Below are positions 55,352 through 64,000 of a stretch of 64,000 nt of DNA, piece after piece (within the stretch, counting starts at the first letter, position 1; every line of letters begins with the position of its first letter). The notes under the pieces were generated by a model. It was not told where the DNA came from and ran no database searches. It saw nothing but the letters and a program-made list of their open reading frames with translations. The stretch is from Geosiphon pyriformis uo1 (Eukaryota > Fungi > Glomeromycota), in the NCBI GenBank assembly GCA_016748015.1, contig JAAOMT010000675.1, positions 124,001 to 188,000 on the forward strand, written 5' to 3'. The position numbers and the translations under genes were made by a program.

Positions 55352-57488
55352 TTTTTTTTTTTTTTATTCATTTAATGAGTGAAGTCCAAACACTGCTTAG
55401 TGACAATATATCAAAATAATGATCTATACTAGATGTGAATCATGCTTTTTCTATATGTGACTAGTTATTCAAGCTAACCAGAATTACACTATACACCCAT
55501 GTACACAGAAACCAAATTATCAATACCCAAAAAAAACCAACAGGAATTACACAGCCCAAAACTAACATCAAACGCATTATCAATACCAAGCAACCTAACC
55601 ACTTTGGCCAAAAACATCAACACACTACCAGATACCAAAACAGGAATTGAACTATCATGAGGGATCAGACCATATTTCTTCATAAAAGCATGATGCTTAG
55701 AGCAGACCAGCCAAATATTATTTCTAAAAGACAAGCATAAACCACAAACAAACTCAACTACCTTATCAGACATAATCTTAGAATCATTAAAACAGAAAGT
55801 GGCCTTCTGGTACTAAGCCTCAAGCACAAAACCTTTACACAGCGAAGGAATTAGACCTAAATCAGCCAAACAATTGGATAACATTTGCAACACATGAGAA
55901 AAAGCATAAAACAGACCAGACATAGTTCTTCAAACAGAAGCAAGATCAATAAACAACCAAGCTTAAGCAGCTGCATCAAATACACAAAAAAAAACATGGT
56001 CTGACATCTTGACATTGCTACAATGCAGGCATACTACACTGAGATAATATTTATCATAAAGGTATTTGTGAATAGCAACAGACAGTCTATAATATAAAGC
56101 TTTCATAAAATAGAAACAGAAGCCAGCAGAGTGACAACTCATAAAGCCAGCAGCCATATGGGAATCAGAATGCTAAACAAAAGATGACCTAAACCAATCA
56201 ATATCTGTAAGTAGACAATTGTCCACAATTTTGGTGCCAGAGCCTAATTTTCAGCATGTATGATGAATAGACCAAAAAATTTTATAAACAAAGTGTCTAG
56301 AATTTCCAGAAACAATACTGTCATTAGCCAAAACAAAATATTCCTTAAGCCAGAGAGGAAAGAGCTGGCCAGAATGGAAAGAAGTACCAGCAAGCAAGTC
56401 AGCTTGATTATTATCCAAAACACCTGAGTGTTTTTTAATCTTATGTCAGCCAATATTCAAATTTTTTTCATGTATAATGCCAGCAATGTGTTAATGCTTA
56501 ACCCAACATTTGTTCTGAAAATCCAGAACTAATAACAATAATTTAGATTTACACACATTCAAAGCAGCTTGGCTGTCAGAAAATAGATAGACTGAACTCA
56601 AACTAGGCACACACTCAAAGGCCAATACAATGGCTTGAAGCTTCACCAATGTAGAAGACACCATGCCAGACACCTCCACCCCAAGACCTAAATTAATGTC
56701 CTTAAAAAATGCAGCAGCACCAGCTTTCATATTAACACTTCTCAAGCTACAAAAAAAATTATTTGTGTACACAAAAAAGCCAGAAGCACCAATGCCAGAC
56801 AACCAATCATGTACTGACTTAAACTCATGAGATTTATAAATGTTCTTTGCAACAGCATTATTCAGAAGGAAAGAGCTAGCATTAAGAGAACCAGAATTAT
56901 AGAGATGCCAAACAGCAGTAACAAACCAGACAGGAACAGGACCACATGAATCAAGTTTCTTCCACCATTTGAAAGTTTTCCAATTAAAAACAGCACCATT
57001 CCAGCACTGAAACTGCTTAACAAAAGCAATCCTATAATAACAAAAGGAAGAAAGACACCTGAAATACATTGACTTGCCAAAAATTCCAAATAAAAGAGTT
57101 CCATCCCAGAAGCAAAAAGCATTATATACAAGATTACCCAAAGATAAACCAGAGTCAAGAAAGACTTAAACCACATCTGCCAAGAAGTTGTTCAAAGGAT
57201 TAACACTATTGCAAACTGGAGAGTGCAAGGAATGTACTGGACACCAACTCAAAACCTGCAAGTTGTGCGATTTGTACATGAACAATCGGCCCAAAATTCC
57301 AATAAAGTTAGTAAAACACACCACAGCAGCAATCTTGCCTTCGGCCTGGATCTATTCAAAAGTCTTTAAGCCATAAAATAAAGAGTGGTGCAAAACATTA
57401 TTAGGAAAGTCCAGAAGCAGACCCGATTTCAGTTTCAGGTTTTTTTGAATTAAAACATCCCATTTTTGGCACACATTAGTAAAAACAA
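55352..57488 (-). mobile_element. LINE copy 4, 3' part (RNase H, CCHC, 3' UTR, poly(A)), interrupted by the Gypsy element
   Basis: Poly(T) at 55352-55365; CLHCSNVKMSDHVFFC; KLQAIVLAFECVP...FSDSQAA; homology stops exactly at the LTR TG at 57489. Confidence 0.9.
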
Positions 57489-58458
57489 TGTTACCAGTAG
57501 AATTTTAGCCATTAATTAGCATGAAATTACCCTTAGAATTCCTATTATTAATTAGCATACATTATTATTATTTTAATTATCACTTATTATTTAATCAAAT
57601 TATCAAATATCATTATTTAATCAATAATCTGATTTGTACTCTAAAAATTAAGATGATCAAATTACACAATACTCTAAACCATTTAACATAGTCAAAATTT
57701 GCTGAAATTAAGAAAAATTGGCCGAAATAATCAAATAGTTCAGTGAAATAACTTGTAGTTCACCAAAATATATCTTTAGTTCATTCAAATTATAGCAAAG
57801 AGAAAGTGCAAGTTTAAAGACTAGTATTACAAAAAATTATATAAAAGAAGAGCTTTTTTCTTCAAGAAAATGTATCTTTTCATAATATCTTATTATAGTA
57901 CTTTACTTTAAATATCTTAATTGAAACAAATTATCTTTTACACATTCAAATAAAAATTAAATATTCAAAACAAAATCCTTAAATTATTACACTTGAAATT
58001 CTCTCAACACAACTAACGTTTTGAAATTGATTAGCTACCAATTTCAATAAACTGTTAGTGACTCCAGGCCTGGACAGAAAACTTTTCCCTTGATAAAATC
58101 ACATTTCCTTTACATTTCTTTTATTTTTCTTTTATTTTCTTATTACAATTATTAGAGTAGCCTACAGATGAGATTCCTGTAGAAGAGTTAACTTTCATAG
58201 CAAAGTAACTACACATTTTTAATAAGCTTCCAGACAAGCAATTCCTGGGAAAGAGTTGATGTTTACTACAATATAACTACATAAAATAACTAGCAAGGAA
58301 TTGGCTGTTCTACTTATAAGTTTAGCAGTTCAAATTATAGGAAATAATTTGAAGATAAATTCAGTTACTAAAGGTCCAACTACTTCCTAAAAATGTGAAT
58401 TCACAGCAAAGCAACATTTACAATATTAAAGAAAAGAGACCAAAAACCTCTGGTAACA
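57489..58458 (+). repeat. 5' LTR (970 bp) of a Ty3/Gypsy element
   Basis: Perfect 9-bp terminal inverted repeat TGTTACCAG...CTGGTAACA; three homologous degraded copies elsewhere in the window. Confidence 0.9.
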
Positions 58459-58460
58459 TT

Positions 58461-58468
58461 TGGTGCTC
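58461..58468 (+). promoter_or_regulatory. Primer-binding site core (TGGTGCTC)
   Basis: Two nt after the LTR end; complementary to a tRNA 3' end ...GAGCACCA. The priming tRNA is not identified. Confidence 0.7.
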
Positions 58469-58730
58469 TTTTATAGAAATAACACAGCAACAACAAATTC
58501 AAAATAGCAACTATACCAGACACAACAACTCTAGAGTATTATCAGTCAATTTACACTCACTGCAAGCAAAGATTCAACATCCCAGATGGAATTGAAGTTG
58601 TCAAGAAGTCAGTATACCAATGCATCAAAAATTGCTGTTACTTGAAGAAAGAAAGCCTATCAAAGAAAGAAGAAAAAATGTGACCTAAAGAAAAACATAA
58701 TGAAACGTGAAAAAACACAAAATAGCATGC

Positions 58731-58870
58731 AATAATGTTGGATAACACATTATAATGTTGGATAACATGTTATAACATAGGATAAAGTATTATAACATGG
58801 GATAACATAGAATAACGTGTAATAATGTCAGATAATGTATTATAACATAGGATAATTAGTTATAATATAA
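58731..58870 (+). repeat. Tandem array of 14 x 10-bp units (nATAAyrynn) in the Gypsy leader
   Basis: aataatgttg gataacacat tataatgttg gataacatgt tataacatag gataaagtat tataacatgg gataacatag aataacgtgt aataatgtca gataatgtat tataacatag gataattagt tataatataa. Confidence 0.9.
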
Positions 58871-61800
58871 GAAAAACAAAATGATAACTAGCAAAAACAG
58901 ACAATCCAAAGCAATTCTGTAAAATTAGAAAATACATATATATAGCAGTAACATTAAAGGCAGAAGAAAAAGGGGAAGAAAAAAAAATTCCTTAGTTACC
59001 ATTCTCTAGTTAGAAACCATAGCATTCCAAAATATCAATAAATATACTTATTCAGCATCTCAAATCCAGTTGTTTGCTATCAACTCTAAATGGTAATAGT
59101 AATTGATACTTAAAACATGCAGAAACAATAGCCCTTAATCACAGCTATTAACAGGATACTAACTTATATTGCCTTGGCTTATTGTCTTTATTTTCTTTAT
59201 CTCTTTTATTTTTTTGTCTTTATTTTGTTGGGTATATTAATTGATTGAGGATTAAAGCACTAAGTATTGATGTTAAGAATTGTCTGATAAAAGACACCTG
59301 CAAGTGGGTAGAATGCGTAAAAATTACAGATTGCTTACCAAAGGATTGCCGGCCACCATGCTGAGAAAAAAATTGATGGAATTGCAATTCTGGAAAGCTA
59401 TAGAAAAAATAACATGAGAATTTCTGTCCATTATACAAAGAACTCCAATCAAAACCTTTTGATCAAAACACCTTTAGACATTACTAATGTCATCAATTAA
59501 GCACCAAGTTATAGGTTTGTTATTTGCTTTGAGACTCCAAATAATTATCTGTAACACTGTATCAACAATTATTTTTTTGGAAACTACAACATCTCAGAAG
59601 TTAGAAGCAACTTCTATAATAATTTAGTGCACTATTCACAACTGAAAACAGAAAACCTGAACAGTAAAACTCTTGCAACCTACTTCCAAGAACTTAATTA
59701 CAGCATTATTTAGTATTGTAAAAAAAAATACCCAGTACAGTCTAAATACTTTATCAACTTTGAATCAGAAACAAAAACAAGCAACAAAGGCAAACAAAAA
59801 CTAAAACAACATTCAAGCACCACCCCAACCACTCCAAAAACACCAAAAATAACTGCCAAATACTTGCAAACTCCAGAACAAAGAACCAGCACCAGATTTC
59901 TATTTTTAATCACACTCTTTTCAATTTCACTTGCTTAACCACAAACACCAAATTCACTACTTATCCATTTCTCAAGACCAGAAGATTTTCAGTCACCCAA
60001 AAGTCCTACTTAACAGCAGGAACTCATATCAACTAATACCAATATTATTGATTACTTACAAGAAAACAAAAGTAATCATTCAGAGAACTTGGAAAGTGAA
60101 GAAACTGAATCAGAACAAGAAAAAACTACAGAAAACAAAGAAAAAATAACAACTGCTTATATTGCAAAAATCACAAAATTCACTGGTGAAGACAATGATA
60201 CCAGCCCTCAAGAATGGCTTGACAAAGTTCAAAAAGCAGAAGATGTAAATGGTTAGAATACAGCAAGAATGCTCAAAACAATCCCATATTTTTTTCAAGG
60301 AACTGCAGGAGAATGGTTTGAAAACTTAGAAGAACTATTTAGAAACTGGCAAGCATTTAAAGATGCTTTTTACAACAATTCACTAACAATAACACCTCTA
60401 TTATTCTCCAAAATCACTTTTGCAATATTAAACAAGAAACATCTGAAACTGTTATGATCTATCTTGGGAGATTCAACAAATTTTTTTGACAAATTTGACA
60501 ATTGGAAACCAATGAATACTATTCCAATACCCAAATTTTGGATTAGTTTATAGCAGGATTGAAAAACAAATTAATCAAAAAAGTTTGCCCACATGCTCCA
60601 GAAGATTTAGCAACAGTCATTAAGCATGCAAAAAATTATGAAATGGCAATGGAAGAAGCAAACCACACCAAACTTGTCAATCTAGCAATTGGAAAAACCA
60701 GTTCAGCAGCTGAAAAAAAAATAGACCAACTCACAAAAAAGGTTGAAAACTATTTCACCAACTAACAACAATAGCAACAACAACCACAAAGATATCAACC
60801 ATCACAAAGACACAACCAAAACAATTTTGAATCACCATCCAATAACCAACCTCAAAATTGTTATTATTGTGGAATCTCAGGACACTGGAAACAAGATTGT
60901 AGGAAATTACAAAGAGACCAACAAAACAGGAATAATCAACATTACCCTTTACCACAACAATCTTACTACCAACCTCTACCATCAACCAAGACCACAAAAT
61001 CAAAACAGTTACTATTAACCAGCTTCACAATTAATTCAGCAACAATATTAGCAACCTTTACCAATTCAACAATATCAAACACCACCCACTCAACAATATC
61101 AAGTACCTGCCAGAAAATTGGTTCAACAAAACCAATTCACACCTCAAAATCAATATCAGAATAACAACAACAGAATCAACCCAAATAACCAGTTGGTTCT
61201 TTGAAATTCTGGTTAACAAAGACCCAATCACTATTACACTCAATCCAGTTATCTTACAATGCCCAAAGGATTGGATTTTCAACAAACTGCACTTTCTGAA
61301 AGTGAAATTGCAGCACCAACATCAAATCCTTCCAACAATACTATTTCACCAGTCCAAATTGCCCAAAATACCAACCTTTCAGATATATTCCCATTCGAAT
61401 TTGAAACAAATGAATCACCATTCTTGCTTAGCAATGCAGCAGTTAATGAGCAAAAAGCTATTACTGCCATGTACACTAAAGCTACAATAGAAGGAAAGCC
61501 CATCCAATTAATTCTAGACAGTGGATCTGCTGAAAGTATCATCACATACCAATTAATACAACAACTTAATCGAAATGTTGACAGACCAGCCCAAACAGTA
61601 ATTGTTATAGCAGATAGTATAAAAAAGACACCGATAGGAGAAATTAATAACTTCCCATTTACCATTGATGGAATTACCATTCCAGTCAAAGTTCTAGTCA
61701 TGGATGTACCCCAATATTAAGCTATAGTTGGAAATGATTGGCTTCTCAAAGCCAATGCAAACTTAGACTGGGAAACTCAGAAACTAAAAATCTCATACCA

Positions 61801-64000
61801 AGGACAATACATCATAGTATCTGCTACTTGTGGTACTTTCAACAAATGGTCAGAAAAAGCCCTAGTATTTGAATTTGAGAAGAAAAAAGAAATGCCGTTT
61901 ACTGAAACTTATATGCCTCTTAGATCAACATTCAATTGGGCTGAAAAAACAGAACAAGAGATTTTTGAAGAATCAAAAGAATGAAAGAAAGTTAGATATT
62001 TTACACTAGAACCACAAAAAGAACCACACTACATACCACTCAAATACAAAAATTGCAAAAAAAAACTTTTATCAATGGAAGCATGTATATTCCCAGAAGA
62101 AGAATATGAAACTCACACCTGCTATTTTTGTAAAGCATGCCATAGAGAATGATTTGGATTCCCAAAAAGAAGTGAAAAATCGGACAACACTTCTTGCCTT
62201 ACATATGGAAATATGCTACCAGAAGAATACAACTGGATTAATGTTATAATGAGAGGAGGAGTATGTAATCAAACCTGCCAATATGCCCTATCAATTTCGG
62301 AAAAAGTCAGAAGAGGAACACTCTTCAATGCAGCATACAACAGTACTTTCAACAAACTCTATTACTACTCTCATAATGCTGAAATGATTTTTGATTTAGC
62401 AATAGCTTTAATTAATGGAGCCACACAAGAAGATATCTGACAAATAAAGGAAGCTGAATATATTGAATACACAATGAAATTAGCTGGATTCAATTATGAA
62501 GAGAAAGTAAAAACATACCACCAAATTATAAGTCACATATATCCAACCCCAGAAGCTCAAATTCAATGATTAGAGCAAATGAATATTCAATTGTGTAAAG
62601 AATGCATTATGCCTTGTGATGACAAATGGTGTCCAGAATGCTATGCTCTTAGCATTTCTCTGCCCAATGAAAATGACCAGGAGGAAATTGAATTTGGAGA
62701 ACATAAGCCAGAAGAAGAAATTACAACAACTCCAATTTATCTTATTGAAAAGCAACCAACTATACAACTTAAATACTTTGACAACATTGGGCAAGGAATA
62801 AAACCAGAAAAAGCCCACAAAATTGATGCAAAATATAACTTCAGATATCCTGACAAAGACACTTTGATTCTCCAACCAAAGTCCTTAACAAAAATCAATC
62901 TCAAAATTGCTCTTGAAATTCCACCTGGAACAATGGTTCAAATTGCATCCAAATCATTATTGGCAAGCAAAGGAATCAATATTAGAGGAGAAGTTATAGA
63001 TGCAGGATATACTGGAGATATTACCATCATATTGCAGAATGAAACAGACAAATCATTTAAGATTGAACATGCTGAAAAGATTGCATAAGCAATTTACCTA
63101 CTCTTAATCAACATTTCAAATTTACAATCAGTTAATAACAGAGAACAATTGGGAAAAAGTAAAAGAGGAATGCAAGGTTTTGGTTTAATTGAATGATTTA
63201 CAATGCCAGTAAATATAGCTTTCAATGCACAGAATAAATTTCACCAGATTCTTTAACTTCTTCAACCAATTACCATTTCACCTTTTGGTGAACATCACGA
63301 AATTTACATTTGCTCAAAACCCACCACTACTCAACAAATCTTTGAATCGAATGAACAAATCTGTTTAAAGCATGAAATCTCAATTCCAAACGTTTATATT
63401 CCCAAAGAAATGAAAAAATTTTGAGTTATATTCTACAACCCCAATAATTACCCTATTGTCTTATTAAACAAACTAGAAATTGGAATTATACACAGTAACA
63501 TCATCCAAGATAAAAACCCTCAAATTGTCTTTAATTTCATCGAAATTGTAAGACATATCCTATTACCTAACCCAAACATCATCCCTATCACTAAAAACTA
63601 TCATTTTTTGGAAGAAAAACTCTTTTGAATTAACATAAGCTCCTTAAAACCCCAACAACAAAGACAATTGAAACAACTGATAGCTGAATTTGCAGATATA
63701 TTTGCAAAATACAACAATGACCTTGGAAAAACAAATATTGTTCAACACTAAATTCATACAGAAAATGCTCCATCAAAACAACAACAAGCCTATTGAGTTC
63801 TACCTGCTAACCACCAATTCATCAGAGAAGAAGTACAAAGAATGCTCAAAAACGGATTGATTCAACCATCAAAAAGTTCTTGGGCCTTATTAGTAGTCCT
63901 GGTTAAGAAGAAAAATGGGAAAATCAGATTTTGTATTGACTATTGACAACTAAATAGTGTTACAATTAGAGATGCTTACTTTCTTTTAAGAATTGATAAC

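Larger units (their letters stand above)
57489..64000 (+). mobile_element. Ty3/Gypsy LTR retrotransposon (gag, PR, Cys-rich domain, dUTPase, RT start), degenerate, runs off the window
   Basis: Gag IAKITKFTGEDNDTSPQEWLDK and CYYCGISGHWKQDC (60859); protease LILDSGS (61508-61528); dUTPase EIPPG..IASKSLLASKGI..GEVIDAGYTGDI..IA*AI..RGMQGFG; RT IQPSKSSWA..VVLVKKKNGKIRFCIDY. Confidence 0.93.

Noticed and set aside
58731-58870. CRISPR-like array
   Set aside because: Contiguous 10-bp units with no unique spacers, eukaryotic context, no cas genes.

Overview
Eukaryotic, intron-rich fungal DNA. An early-diverging lineage such as Glomeromycotina/Mucoromycota is inferred from gene structure and transposon content, not proven. 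Compact, moderately GC gene islands are MMS2, tRNA-Thr(UGU), DPS1, histone H4; RanBP9/10 (Gid1-like), Cet1-type RNA triphosphatase; UBR7; and a DUF4452-like gene, RPA12, CCDC137-like. They alternate abruptly with transposon blocks. The blocks hold three near-full-length and one truncated copy of an RNase H-containing LINE family, and the 5' part of a Ty3/Gypsy element (970-bp LTR, gag, protease, Cys-rich domain, dUTPase, start of RT). They also hold three degraded relatives of that LTR and several 'ghost' LINEs. Much of the extremely AT-rich DNA can be read as these same elements after heavy C>T/G>A conversion, suggesting a RIP-like repeat-mutation process. Two short repeats near genes look spared. 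Exon boundaries, alignments and composition were judged by eye.
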